From: Lama guanicoe
Taxonomy: Eukaryota
Reading direction: 5' to 3'
DNA: 64,000 nucleotides
Assembly: GCA_013239625.1 (NCBI GenBank)
Contig: MU054323.1
Span: 19,799,082-19,863,081, forward strand
The notes below the pieces were generated by a model. The model was not told where the DNA came from, did no database searches, and was given only the letters and a program-made list of their open reading frames with translations. A program made the position numbers and the translations under genes. Shown one piece after another: positions 34,656 through 48,024 of the stretch; within the stretch, counting starts at the first letter, position 1, and each line of letters opens with the position of its first letter.

Positions 34656-37600
34656 GGTGTGCTCTAAGGAGTGGCTTTCACTTGGAATACGACGTGACAG
34701 GCCTGGGTTGTCACGACAGTACTGGCTGAGCACACAGTAGGAGCCCAAGAAAGGCTGACCACCATTCACCCACTAGTGGCACGTGTTGGCGCCAGACATG
34801 TGGACCCCCTGACCCAGGACGTGCCCTCCCCCTGGCAGATGTCTTTTGTGATGAGATATTTGCCATCTGTTTTCAACCTGAAATCTCCCTGGCAGATGAG
34901 GACGTGGATCCTGCTGTCTCCAGAGATTCGTGACCCCTTCCTCCCAGCCTGGTCTGACCCTTCCCATCTCAGGAAACGGAAAGCAGTTCTCTCCCAGGAC
35001 CCGTTTGCCCATGACAGCCTAACAGGGCTCCAACAACCAGTCTCACAGCCAGTTCCCAGTCCTGTCTTCCCTGCAATAATAATACAGACGCTGCACCTGC
35101 CCCTGGGTTCTGTTCTCTGCTCCTGTGTTTGTTCATTTGTTTCTCCAGGATCTTTAAACATCTGATTAAATGCCACACTTCAGATGAAAAGCTCCGAAGA
35201 TAAAAGATGATCAGACTTGGTCTTTTTCATCAGCCCTCCTCTCTGCTCAGTGGCTTTTCGCAGCCCTTATTCTCTCCCTCCTCACCCCCAGCCTCCAGGA
35301 AGTCCTCTTGTGCCCTGTGAGTTCCTCTCCCAGTTGCTGGTCCCACACTCCTCTCCCCTGAAGCCCCAGACACGGGCAGCGGCTAGAGGAGGATGTCAAG
35401 TCAACATGCAGCCTGAGGCTGAGAAAAGGTGCGGTTTGGCCAAGGATGGGAGTCCCTCCATGTCAACAGGACAAAGAGGGATCTGAGATCCAGGCTACCA
35501 CAACACCCCCTCCTTGTGATTCTCCTAACCACATGTGCCTGCTTTTTATGTATCACCAACACTCCTAAAATTCACCCCTCCCTGAAGTGGGCAGACAGTG
35601 CAGGCAAAACCAAGTAACCAGACACACAAGGCACTGACGTTGGGATAAGTAAACATGAGGGGGCCCCAAGCCCACACCTCCCACGTACACCCAACTGCCC
35701 CTACTGTCCTCTGGAAAACAAAAGCACGCAGTAGTGCCCGGGCTGTGATCTGCACACCCCGCTCCTTCTCCTCATTTTCACCTTGTGAACATAAAACGCT
35801 ACTTTAGAGATCCTGGTTGCAAGCTGGGTCCCCAAGCAGTTCTCATCCCCTGCATTACCTGCAAGCAGCACACGCGGCTACCAGGTGGGTCCCGGTCTCA
35901 AAGCCAACAACTCTAACGCAGCAGGAGACATTCTGGACATAATGACCAACTTCTGTGCTCCCAGGAGCTCCCTTCTGCCCTCCCAAGCCCCACCGCCACC
36001 CACCCCAACTCATTTCAAGCAACCAGGCTCTATGCTCTCTGCCTCCAGGGAAGGACGTGAAAGGGAGAAAAAGGAAAATCCAAGCTTTGATGTCTCAGCA
36101 AGGTTAAAATGTTTAGGAGAAACATCTTGAGTGAGAGCAGGGTTTCTCTCCACCCTTCCTCTACACGCCCGCCCCCAAATAAAGAGTGAAGATTCCTCTG
36201 AAATGGTGAGGGGAGAAGGAGGGAAGGTGATGAGAACAGAGAAGCTGAGTGGGGGTGGGCCTGACCTGCAAGGCCCATGCAGATGGGATGAAGGACTCAC
36301 CAGCAGAGGGCCCCTGTGAGGGACACGGCTGCCCCCACAACTCTGGGCACCAGCCAGCACCAAGGGAGCAGCACCAGTGCCCAGGGACCCCGGGCTGACT
36401 TTCCTGATGGTCCCCCAGTGGCCCTTCTTTCCACACCAGACAGCAGGGGGCCATACTCAGCTCTCTCCCCATCCAAGTGACTGCCCCCTCAGTCCCGCAA
36501 TATCCTAGGACACTGAATCCTCAAGAAAAGGAAGCTGGGCCCTCAACACCCTCTGCCATCACCATCAGATACACGCCTCCTGAGAGGCAGCTCACAACTG
36601 CCCTCACTACCCACGAGCTGGAAGAGGATGAAAACTGCCCTGGTTACCACACAGGCTGAGCAGCCTGAGGGCATGCCAGGCGGCAGGCATCTAAGGAAGG
36701 CTTTTCCTGCCTAATCTTACTGATAGAACTTCCTCTACCCACCCTTATCACCAGGACTCAGACTCAGCCTCCCTCAAAGCCCTCCCTTACAGCGCAGCTC
36801 ACCCTCACAGAGCAGTTACTCCTTCCTCCATCTTAGGTCCATAACCTGCTCATCTTCCCATCATTCCACTGTCACACTGCAATGTAATTTACAACCAGGT
36901 CTCTCTCTGTTATTGGACTAAAATGCTTTGGGATCAGGGCCCCAGTCTTACTCATTTTCACATCCTCAGTAACTGGCACAGAATAGGCACTAAACTAATG
37001 TTTGTATAGTTAAATTGAATTGTCTACCTAATTCTCTTTTTAAAATTAAAACCAGGATTCCTTATTAAAGCAGCTCCAGAGCAAGGAGTCAGACCTAAAG
37101 AGCAAGCAATTAAGGAAAACACAACATGGTAAATAGTCATTGGGTTTCACCTGTTCCCAATCGCGGCTTAATTTTCACTAGGGCCGTTGCTCTGAGGCTT
37201 TTCACCCTGATTCTCCACACCTGCACCACTCTCCTCGAGCCCCAGTCTTACCCCTGAGCCCCTCATTCTGAACTCAGGCCAGGATCTTGCCTCTTATTTT
37301 ACTGAGAAGAAGAAGGTGTGATGTAAACTCCCTCAAATTCTCATCACCTCTCTGAAATGACTGGCAAAAGATGTGGGGGCAAGGGGTGCCTCATACACTG
37401 CCCAGGTGAGATTGATAAAATCATACTGCAGTGCAATTTGGTGATCTATGTCAAAAGGTTAAACATGCATAACCTTTGACCTAGTCATTCAACTTCTAAA
37501 ATTTTATTCTAAAGAAATAATGGGACACGTGCACCAAGAAATCCACAAAGATGTTCTTTGCAGCATTGTTTATAAAATGCACCCTCCTGGCCTTGTTTTT

Positions 37601-38108
37601 GTACCATCTTTGCTGTCTGAGCTTCAGCTACTCTTCTTTCAATTTCTCTTTCTTCTTCTACCTCTGTCTCTAATATCCCCAAAGTCCCCACATCCCACTT
37701 TAAAATCTCCTCCATGTCTCTTACCCCATCCAATTTCTTCAACCTAGCTCAGGCCCTCCATGAGCCACCTGGAGACTATGAAACTGGCCACCTCGGAGAA
37801 AGAGCATCCAAGTGATGGTCATGCAATAATAGAGCTCATGAAAGACCCTCTGGGGGCGAGGAAGAGCAGCTTACGGTGGGCTTACTGACTCCCGGCCCCT
37901 GGGTCTCCCTGACTCCCACCCTGGCTGTGCCACTCAGCCTAGGCATGAGTAAAATCCTTTTCTCCTGAGTTCATCTGCAACAGATTAGAATTTTTCAAAA
38001 GTGAGTTTAGGTCTTTTTTTTTTTTCTTTTAAGGGGAAGGGAAATAAATCTTCATTATGAAACATTTTTAAAACGAGTTTGTGTGTTTCTTATTTTGAAA
38101 TAATGACC

Positions 38109-38222
38109 GGCGAGTGAGAGGATATAGCTCAGTGGTAAAGTGCATGCTTAGCATGCCCTAGGTCCTGGGTTCAAACCCCAGTACATCCATTTAAAAAATT
38201 AATCAGTAAATGAAAAGAAATA
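38109..38222 (+). mobile_element. tRNA-Ala-derived SINE (camelid Vic-1-like)
   Basis: A box (tagctcagtggta), TTAGCAT anticodon loop, B box (ggttcaaaccc), A-rich tail; TSD aaataatgacc at 38098-38108 and 38223-38233. Confidence 0.9.
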
Positions 38223-38429
38223 AAATAATGACCACCTGGCAAGAGATCTCTTCGCTGGTAAAGCTCTCTGAACTCCCAAGCCCCAACTCCCCGTTTGTTG
38301 CCTGGTTCTGTGTGCAATCCCCACTGCACAGCCCACTTGTCTTTCCCATTGGAATGAGCAGGTGGGCAAGCTTGACCTTGGGTGGATCATGGGAATCACA
38401 CCTTACTCTGCGGTTGTGGTTCCAAGCAG

Positions 38430-39520
38430 TACTATATTTTATTGTAAACTTTTATTTTTGAAAAGGTGATCCCTGAACATGTTAAAAATGCTTTTTCAAC
38501 AATACCAAAATATATACCAGTGAAAACACTTGCTCCCTCTCATCCCTAACCCAGGACCCAGCTCCTTTCCCCAGAGGCAGATGCTGTTCCCAGCCAGCGC
38601 ATGTGGAGATGGGTAAGTGGTGCACACTCTGTACACTGTTCTCCCCTTGCCTTTTTCTTTACTATATCTTAGAAATCTCCCCACTGACGGATATTTACCT
38701 TCCAATCTTTTGCTATTGTGAATACGCAGCAGTAAATATCTCTGTATGTTTCCCTTTGTTAGAAATGGAATTTCTAGGTCAAAGCAAATGTGTATCTAAA
38801 ATTTTTATAGATATTGCCAAATTGCCTCCAACGGGGTGGTTTCAGTTCATGCTTCCATCAACAATATTGGAGTGTGTTGATCCCCCGCCAGTTTTGCCAA
38901 TTATCCACCAAAATTTTTAACTTTGCCAATCTTATCATATAAAGAATAATGTTTTGGTGTAGTTCTACTATGGGTTTCTTTTAGAACAGGTGACATTGAG
39001 CAAGAAGTGTAGCAGAATGCTTCAGAGGACAAACTCTGGTTTTTGGCTGCTTGGATTCAAGTCCCAGCCCAACCGTTAATTATTTGGGTGACTTTGGTAA
39101 TTCACTTAACCTCTCTCCGTTTTTGGTTGCTTATCAGAAAAATAGGTATTATAATAATAGTGCTTTCTTCATACAGTTATTGTGAAAATTAAATGCACAA
39201 ATAAAAATAAAGCTATTTATAAGCATTAGTTGTCATTATTATATTTCATATGTTTAATGACCATTGTGGTTTTTTTCTGTGAACTGCCTACTCGTGGCCT
39301 TTGCCCATTTTCCTATTGCTTGTTATTTTTTCTTTCTGAAATACAAAAGCTCTTTACATATATTTAGGAAATTAGCCCTCTGTCATTTGTGTAGCAAACA
39401 TTTTTCCCAGTTTACCCTTGTCTTTTGACTTTATTTATGGCAGTTTGGGCATGTAGAAATTTTAATTTTTTATGTAGTTAAATGCACAGCCTTTCCCTTT
39501 ATGACTTCTGGGCTTTAAGC
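38430..39520 (-). mobile_element. Old L1 (L1ME-like) fragment interrupted by a MIR at ~39010-39240
   Basis: gatattgccaaattgcctcc, ctttgcccattttcctattg; MIR core cacttaacctctct. Confidence 0.65.
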
Positions 39521-42500
39521 TACGTTCCAGAAACCTCACACTTCTCAAAGTATGAGTGAATGGCAACTAAAACAGCTTCCTGCGTTTCCCTCCCGACCCT
39601 GCCTCCCCCTCTCTCCCGTCTCCCTATCCTGTGCATGAGCCAAGGGTATCTCCTTAACACATCCTCTGTCGCTTTTCCATATTCAATTTCTCCTTGCTTC
39701 CTCCTAAAGTCCCTCAAGAGTAACTCCAATCAGGGCACTTCCCTGCCCAAGAGTGTTCAGTAACTCCCCATCACCTACTGAACCAAGAGCAAGCCTCTCG
39801 TTAGGGGCATCTGCCTAGAAGACACCAACTCACTTTGCCAGCTAGCAATTCCCACACATGTCTCTAGTCCAGCTCAACTTTTCAGTGTTCCTCTAAATAG
39901 TCTTTCCCTTCTCCCTGACTTCCATCACTCTGCTTCATCTACCTGCAGGGCCTTCTGCCCATCTCTGCCAAATTCTCATTTTTCAAGACTCATCCCCAGA
40001 AACCCTTCCCCTCAAAGTCTTGACTGGTCCCCAACAGTCAGGTGTGAACTCTTCTTGCCTTGCACACTCAGAGCACTTTGTTTTTTCTTTTCCTGAGATG
40101 CACATCTCAAGCTGCCTTAAATAAACCAAGAACTCTAGGGAAAATGTGAGCTGTGTCTCATATCTCTGCATCTGCCACACTTCCTTAATCTCTTGTTGAA
40201 ATAAATTGTGGACACAAATAATCAGATTGATGAAGGCGAGGGGGGCAGATTACAAGGGAGTTACTGTTCCCTGGCTAAACCACCACATCCAGACTGCCGG
40301 GCTGGAGGCCGCAGGAGCTGGCTTCCCCAGTCTATCTCCCTGCTGTGTCAGATGGTGAGCACTGGTTAACGTTCTTTCAGTTGGAAGTGGAAGAATACCA
40401 ATCCTTAAACAAAAAAATGGCTTGAGGGTGGAGGATCAGGCACTCACTCCCCTCTCCCCAGCCCTCAGCCCCACTTCCTATATATGGGCCCCATTGTCAG
40501 ACAGGAACCATGTGAGCCCTGTGGAGGCAACATGGCGGCACCAGCTTGGTGGTCAGCGGTACTCCCACACCGTCTCGAAGTTCAAGTGCAGAGAGAAAGG
40601 GCATCCACCTCCCTCCTAGAAGTTCCAGCCAAGGTCCCTTTGCCTTTCTCTGTCTCTTAATGGGTTAGATGTGCACCCTCGAGCCAATCACTGTGACCAC
40701 AGAAAGGCAATGCTTGGGTAGGGCCTGAGCACCTACCCACTGTCAGAGCCGAAGACTGAGTGGATTCTATGCGCACCATGCTCGGCGTACAACCTAAAAC
40801 AGCTCCACAGGAGGCAACTGACATACTGTCACCAAAAGAAAGAAGAACAGACGCTACTGACCAAACCACAGATAATCACCACGCACAGCACTGCTCACTG
40901 CTCTCCTGGAAGGGAGGATGGGTCTGAAGCCCCAGTCCTGTGCTATTTCTCTCCTGCCTGCCACTCTCCCTCACCCTGGAGGCAATGGTTCTAGCTTCCA
41001 AACACAACAAGGTCCCCCAAGGTTTGTGGCTGAGCCACAGGACCAGTGTGAACAGATCCTAACCAAACCCCAGACCAGGCGATGGCTGGCATGGTCCAGC
41101 CGGCTCCAAGTTATTAGAACCAGGAGTCCCAGCCCCAGTCCCAAGAGCTGCAGGATTGTTTATCTTTGTTGGGGAAAAACTGCAGCCAGAGCCATAAATC
41201 ACTGCCCAGCTGGATGGCTTCGCTGAAATGTTTGTTTAAACAATGAAATCTCCTGACGGACTGAAAATATAGGATGGATCACCCTGTCCTTCTCAGGACT
41301 AGTTGTGCAGGCTAGAGCCTGGGGCCTGGGAGAGGGACTCAAAATTGGCTCTCCACCCCCAACCCCCATCACTCCCACCCCCAATATCAGCACTAAAGAA
41401 TGAAGCCACAGCATAGCTAATCTGAAACAGCAGATAATGCAAAAAGCCACGTCTATCAATCTTTGAAATGCAATCTCTAGAGTGGTTTGCGTTGGACGTG
41501 CCTTCCTAATGGAAGTAGCATTTCTTGGCTAATGTGCACAAAGAGGGTGGTCTCTGGAAGGACACTCGCATGGAGCATGGGAGCTCTGGCTCTGCCCTGG
41601 CCACTGCACCTTGTGGGCCAGTGACTTCTGCTCTCTGGACCTCAGTTTCGCCACCGGTTACATGAGGGAGTTAGATTCAGGCTTTATGTTTTCTCCCAGT
41701 TCTTGCCTGCTAAGTAAGGCTGCCATGTGTTCATTTTACATCCGTAAAAGAAAGACCAGAGAAACCGGAGCGGGTGGGGGAGAGATGATTCTGTGACTCC
41801 CCTCCAGCCCTGGGGTGCTCCCTCCTGTGCCCTCTGGCCCCTCAGAGAAAGAGAGCAGAGGAAGATGTGGATTGAGGGCACAGTTGGCAGATCCGTCCTC
41901 AGGAGCTGGGTGCGCTCCATGAAGGAGGTAAGAGTGACCGCTGAAGGATGTGGGTGACACGGACCACGTAAGACTGCAGAACTGGGGCCATGCCCAAGCA
42001 GACCTGACTCGTGGAGGGAGGGCAGGAGGAAGGGAGCTCGTCTGGGGCTTGGTGGGGGCCGGGGGGAGCATCCAGAGACCAGCAACTCCCTTCCCAGCCC
42101 TCCCTAAAGGAAGAAGGCAGCAGAGGACTGAGTCTTTCCAGTCCAGGGGCTGCATGCCCAGCTCTGTGACAGGAGCCATGTCAGGCCTGTGATCGAGTAT
42201 GTGACGCAGGGTATTCAGCCATCTGGTCGTAGGTTTGCCAAATATTTTCGAGAACATATTACCTGTCTGAGGGAGGCTTCAGGAATGCAAAGATGAATAA
42301 GACCAGGGTTCTTTAGCGATGGGATATTCCAAAGGGGTTAGCGATGGGATTTACAAGAAGAGTGGAGGAGACTGGGAAAGAACTGTAAAGGGTTATGTTA
42401 ATGGTTATGTGAGGGGGGTTCAGGGGATGCTGTAGAGTCTATTATTAAGGTCTGCAGTGGAGTCTGTGATGGGATTATAGGGTGGGATGGTTTTGGGGGG

Positions 42501-42999
42501 TTCATTAGCTATAAAATTGGAATAAAATGGGGTGTGTGATGGTAGCTGTAACAGGGTCTGTGAAGGGGTGGGAGTTGTCAGGACACATGATGATTCATTA
42601 ACAGAGCAGTCTTTCTTGACAGCCCAGATGAAATCAAATTCTTCCTCTTAATATGGTCTCAACAGCACTTTATAGTTATCATTCGTAACACCATAGTTGA
42701 AATGAGTTCATTGTTTTGTAACTGTTTGCTTAATTCCTGCCTCCCTCACTCAGCTGCAAGAGTGGTGAAGGAGCAGCCCTGGTGGACATCGTGGGCTCCT
42801 CCTCCACCCCACCGCAACACCACAGCCCAGGCGGGACACCTGGCAAGCCCTCAGTAAACTCTGATTGAATAGATAGCTCCCTGACAGTCAGGGTGCCAAG
42901 ACCCTCCCCAAATCCTGCAGGGCAGCTAGATGTCCTCAGAGTAAGTAAGTTTGTGTCAAGAGTCAGGGTAGGGGGCTCTGGTTCTGTTTGAAGAGAGGT

Positions 43000-43017
43000 G
43001 TTGCCATCTAGTGGCCA
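43000..43017 (-). promoter_or_regulatory. CTCF motif (reverse orientation)
   Basis: Minus strand reads TGGCCACTAGATGGCAAC; matches the CTCF core through CCASYAGRKGGCR. Confidence 0.7.
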
Positions 43018-43404
43018 AAGTGAAGAACTACATGGCGAGGAAGCGTTCACCCTGCCCCAGTTCTAGCCTCCATCCCCTCAGGGACCATGGCTTTCAGCCC
43101 AGCTTCTAGCCACACAGAAATCACACCCAGCTTCTCCCGCTGTCTCAGGAGTGGAGCAAGAAGAGGTAAGAAATGGAGACCATATGCGCCCTGTGCTAGA
43201 CTGCCCTTTTCTCAATCGGCATTATAGTCACCCAGCCCTGCCTCTCAGGCTGGGCTCTCCCTAATTTTAAATTCAACCCTTCATCCTGAGAAACAACTAG
43301 TCCAGGGAAAGGAGGTGGTACCAATGAAGCGTTGATTCAGTGGCTTCTGTATGAGGATTTCTCATCAGCTGAGCTTTCACTGTCCAGAGTGTGTCAATCC
43401 ATGT

Positions 43405-43424
43405 ACACGCACACATACACACAG

Positions 43425-43457
<33 letters not shown>
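43405..43457. repeat. (CA)n microsatellite; pure run 43427-43457
   Basis: Seen directly. Confidence 0.95.
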
Positions 43458-43458
<1 letters not shown>

Positions 43459-45030
43459 GCAGTATCTTTGTTCTACATAATGGTGAGTGATTTGATTTTC
43501 TGATTAAAATTGATCCCCTCCATCCTATTTCTGTACATGTTATGGTCAAAGCCCCAAGTAAAACACTAGGCAAAAACCCCTGTCCTAGGGACCTTACGTT
43601 CTAGTGAAGCATCTTCTAATTACGCAGTGGTCACCATGGAGCTCCTCATCCTCAGCTCTAAACTGGGGCAACGACAGCCCCTCGGCTACATCACAGAGCA
43701 GTACGCCTATGAAATAGTAACGAGAGACTTGAACACTGAAAGGATTGGTTCACAGGAACATTGCTGCCCTGTAAACTGAGTTACCAATAATACTTGCATG
43801 GGTTTTGTACTTGTCTTCTTACATTTCCATGTAATGTTTTATTTTCATTATTGCACCTGGATGAGGGGCAGTGACAGTGCCCCAAAAAACATCCCATATA
43901 GGCACACCAACAGCACAAACAGTGCATTCACAAAGCACCCCCAGATGCATGTCCCTCTGCCACCCCACTCAGGCCCCCAGTCCATTCTGTCTGGGAATTC
44001 TGAAGCTGTTGTGGCCTGAACCCTAAGGACACAGGAGCATCTCTGAGAGTCCTCCATCAGAATGCTGCTCCCCACTGAACAGGCAGCATCCTGGGCAGCT
44101 CACAAGTAACGAAAGATTGTCTTCTGCTTTCCCAATATTACTCTCTACTGGCGCCCAGGAACACAAGTACACACGGCTTCCAAAGCTGCAGTCTCATCGA
44201 GGTGGGTAAAGGTCTCTCCCACCGTGTATGACTCTTTGCATGAATTTTCCAAAGAGTAGCCTGATTCTTTCCGTTTCACTACAGCCCCTTCTCTAATAAC
44301 TTTTTAAATGGTCCCCTGGGCAAAGTTGAAGGACAAAGAATACTGTCCACTGATGCCACCTTACAGTGTCCTTGGGGAGCAGCCCTGAATGAGTACCCTG
44401 CACCTCAGTCCTTCCCAACCTCAGGGGAAGTCCTCACCACCCCACAGAGGAGTAGTCAATACCAAGAGAGGCTGCCCACAAACTGTCCCCCCTCCCTCCT
44501 TCATCCAATTTGGTCCTACCTGTTGGTGCCCAATTTTTCTTCACCCTTCCTCCCAGAAGGCCCATGATAGTCCATTCTCGTGACCTACAATTCATACCAC
44601 AGGTATGTAGACTCAGCCTCCCCAGGGGATACTTACTGTCAACAGATAGGCTAGATACATGGAAAGGACCTTAAGTTAAATTATTAACACAAATAAAATA
44701 AGATAAATCAGAGAAAAAGGTATTTATGAGTGAATTAATAAAATAACTCTACCAGGTTTAAACACACACACATACAGCCCTTTCTCCAATAAGAACAACT
44801 AAAAACATAAAAGTTAATGTCCTATGTTTGTTTGAAGGTGACAAAGCTAGGATCCTTGATGAGGGCGCATGCTAAGGACCAAAAAAAAAAAGATAAGAAG
44901 CCCACCTTACAATCCTGGCCAGAGCGCGTTGGGCAGGGACCCTGCAGATCCCATCCTCGGGTCCACCTCAGGCCAAGCGCACAGACATCCTGTGCGTGTG
45001 TGACAGAATGGACAAAACTGCACTTCTGGG

Positions 45031-45295
45031 TACAGGAGGGTATACCTCAGTGGTAGAGTGTGTGCCTAGCATGCAAAAAGGTCCTGAGTTCAATCCCCAG
45101 TACCTCCACTAAAAATAAACAAAAACCTAAAAAAATTAAAAATTAAAAAAAAATTTACAGCAGGCAGGGTATACCTCAGGTGATAGCGCGCATACTTAGC
45201 ATGCACGAGGTCCTGGGTTCAATCCTCAGTACCTCCTCTAAAAATAAAGAAATAAACAAACCAAATTACCTACCCCCCTAAAAAAACTTTTTTAG
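45031..45295 (+). mobile_element. Two tandem tRNA-Ala-derived SINEs (Vic-1-like)
   Basis: Monomers at ~45031-45155 and ~45160-45295; shared imperfect TSD ctgca(c/t)ttct at 45018 and 45296. Confidence 0.88.
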
Positions 45296-45798
45296 CTGCA
45301 TTTCTTGGAACTTCTCTCAGGGAGAGTACTGGGTGTGGCCAGAAACAACACTCCAGAAGCTGCTTGAATGGAGGTGTGGGCAGGTAGTGACAGGAGTCAG
45401 ACCACTAAGGGCCACAACAGATGCTCAAGTGACGAAGGACGGGGGTCCAACTATGAGCTAAGCAGACAGGCCTTTGTTCAACTGGCACGATGTACACAGT
45501 CGCTCAGGACAGGGGCGGGGAGGCTGAGAATGCAGGGAGGAGCTCTGATGGGGCAGTTTTCTAAACAAAGGCACAAAGCTAGGAATTACAGCAGGTGTCT
45601 CATCAGAGAGCACACAGGCCAGAGAGAAAGGCGTGACATGTTTTAAATGCTGAAAGGGGGGGAAAAAAAACCCTGTCATCCCAGAAATCTACACACAATG
45701 AAATACTTTCCAAAAATGACGGAGAAATAAAAAATTTTCAGATAAACCAAAGATGAGAGAATAAAATATCCATAGGTTTCTCATATCAGAAGTGTTGG

Positions 45799-46440
45799 CT
45801 CTTTCTCTTCCAGTCCCAGGCGATTCGGGGGGACCTTCCGGCTCCGGTGCAGACATGGCCAAGGGGAAAAGCCACATCACACACAACCAGTGCCGAAAGT
45901 GGCACAGAAACAGCATCAAAAACCTCCACTCACAGCGATACGAACCTCTTAAGGGGGTGGGCCCCAAGTTCCTGAGGAGCATGCGCTTTGCCAAGAAGCA
46001 CAAGAGGGGCCTGAAGACGCAGGCCAACAACGCCAAGGCCACGAGCGCACGTGCTGAGGCCGTCAAGGCTCTCGGAAAGCCCAAGGAGGTCAAGCCCAAG
46101 CTCCCAGAGGGCAGCAGCCGCGAGCTCAGTCGACTTGCCTGCACTGCTCACCCCAAGCTCGGGAAACGTGCTCGGGTCCGCGTCGCCAAGGGGCTCAGGC
46201 TCTGTCGGCCAAAGGCCGAGGACGAGGCTCAGACCAAGGCCGCAGCTTCAGCTGCAGCTCCGGCTCCCAAAGGCGCCCAGGCCCCTACAAAGGCTCCAGA
46301 ACAGAGGCTTTCATCTACTGATGTAAGGATAGAAGGATTGGTGTGACCCCTGGGCTCCTGTCTGCATGGGGCTCATGTCCTCCTGTGCCGTTTGTACAAA
46401 TAAACCTGAGGTAGGATTTGTCAGTCGGGAAAAAAAAAAA
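45799..46440 (+). pseudogene. RPL29: Processed RPL29 (60S ribosomal protein eL29) retrocopy; ATG 45855, frame open to TGA 46346
   Basis: Intronless. Has a 5' TOP-like pyrimidine tract (ctctttctcttcc), a diverged MAKSKNHTTHNQSRKWHRN-like N-terminus, AATAAA at 46399-46404 and a poly(A) tail at 46430-46440. Inserted within an L1. Confidence 0.93.
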
Positions 46441-47154
46441 TGTTAAAGCATGCTGTCCAAGGAGAAAGAATAGGACACCAAACAGAAATTAGGATCCACA
46501 CAGAATTTCAAGATCTCCAGAAAAAGTTAAAATTGAAATAAAGACAAAAAACTTTTCTTATTTTTAATCATTGTAAAACATAATTGACTATCTAAGTCAA
46601 AAATTAGAGTAAAGTATAGTGGGCTTAGAGCATGAAGTGAAACAAAGGGTAACAGCCTAAAAGTTGGAAGGAAAGAATTGGGGTTACACTATCCAAAGGT
46701 TCGTACACTTTAGATGAAAAAGCATAATATTACTTGGAGATAGGCTGTGATTAATGGCATATGTATATTTTAAATCCTAGGGCAATCTAAAATTACCATC
46801 AATTATATACGTGTAATTTAAACCCAAGGGCACCATGAACATTTTAAAAGTATAACTAGTGATACAAAAGTGGAGACAAAAAACAAATGATACATTCTCT
46901 ATCCAAAGGCAGGCAGAAAAGGAGGGGAAATTGAAGAAATAATACATAAAACAAATAGAAAACAACTCTCAAGATGTTAGATTTTGATCCATGTGAATGG
47001 TGTCAACAATCAGATTCAAAGACAGAGATTGCCATATTGGATAAAATAGCGAGATCTAATTATATGCTGTCTACAGGAAATCCACTGTAAATAAAAAGAC
47101 ATACATAGGTTAAAAGAAAAAGGATGGTAAAAGATACATCATGCAAACACTAAA

Positions 47155-47370
47155 CATACATAAACAACAAGGTCCTACCGTAAAGCACAGGGAACTATAT
47201 TCAGTAGTTATAACCTATGAAGAATATGAAATGTTATAACCTATGAAAGAATATGAATATGAAAATGAATATATATATATAACTGAGTCACCATGCTGTA
47301 TACCAGAAACTAACACAACATTGTAAATCAACTATACTTTAATTAAACATTTTTCAATTAAAAAAAACTT
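47155..47370 (+). mobile_element. Cetartiodactyl-type L1 3' end nested in the older L1
   Basis: aacaacaaggtcctac...gcacagggaactatattca...aacacaacattgtaaatcaactatactt, followed by an A-rich tail. Confidence 0.85.
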
Positions 47371-48024
47371 TTAAGTATAGTGGCTGCATTATTACCAGGG
47401 AAAGTAAATTTCAATACAATAAATATTACCAAGTATAAAGAAGGACGTTACTTAATGTTAAAGGGGCCAATTCACCAAGAAGACATAATAATCCTAAATT
47501 TTTAAGCACCTAACAAATACATAAGAGCTTCCAAATACATGATGGAAAACACTGATAGAACTGGGAAGAGAAATAGATAAATCCACGATTACAGTTGGAG
47601 GCTATAATTAAGTTATAAAATAAACAGACAGAAAATCATTCAGAACATAAAAGACCTAAACATCACCATCAATGAACTTGATCTAACCGAATGTATAGAA
47701 CATTCCACCCAACGACGGCAGAATTCCCATTTGTTTCAAGTGCATGTGGAACATTGAGCAAGTCAGATCACTTGCAGGAGACGTAAAGTAAATCTCAACA
47801 ATCTTAAAAGACTTGAAATTATACAAAGGGTGTTCTCTGACCAAAATGGAGTTAAACTGGAAATTAACAACAAACAGATACCTGGAAAATCCCCAAATAT
47901 TTGAAAATTAAATGTCTGATGGGAGTATCACTAGATTGTTGCTGATTGATGTGAAATACACCCCCTTTCTCTATGCCTCACAAAAATCCTTAGTAAAACC
48001 CACGTAGCTGACTAATGCTTTAGA

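Larger units (their letters stand above)
45660..47915 (+). mobile_element. Old L1 (L1M-type) fragment: ORF1 3' end, spacer and ORF2 endonuclease region; interrupted by the RPL29 retrocopy and by a younger L1 3' end
   Basis: Degenerate ORF1 C-terminal coding (KNDGEIK..FSDKPKMRE). Degenerate endonuclease motifs at ~46990-47150 (VNG, QRQR, ICCLQE) and continuing at 47380-47910. Confidence 0.85.

Noticed and set aside
36297..36314. Further CTCF-like words (36298, 30953, 37846, 55560)
   Set aside because: They have mismatches at informative positions and are likely chance matches
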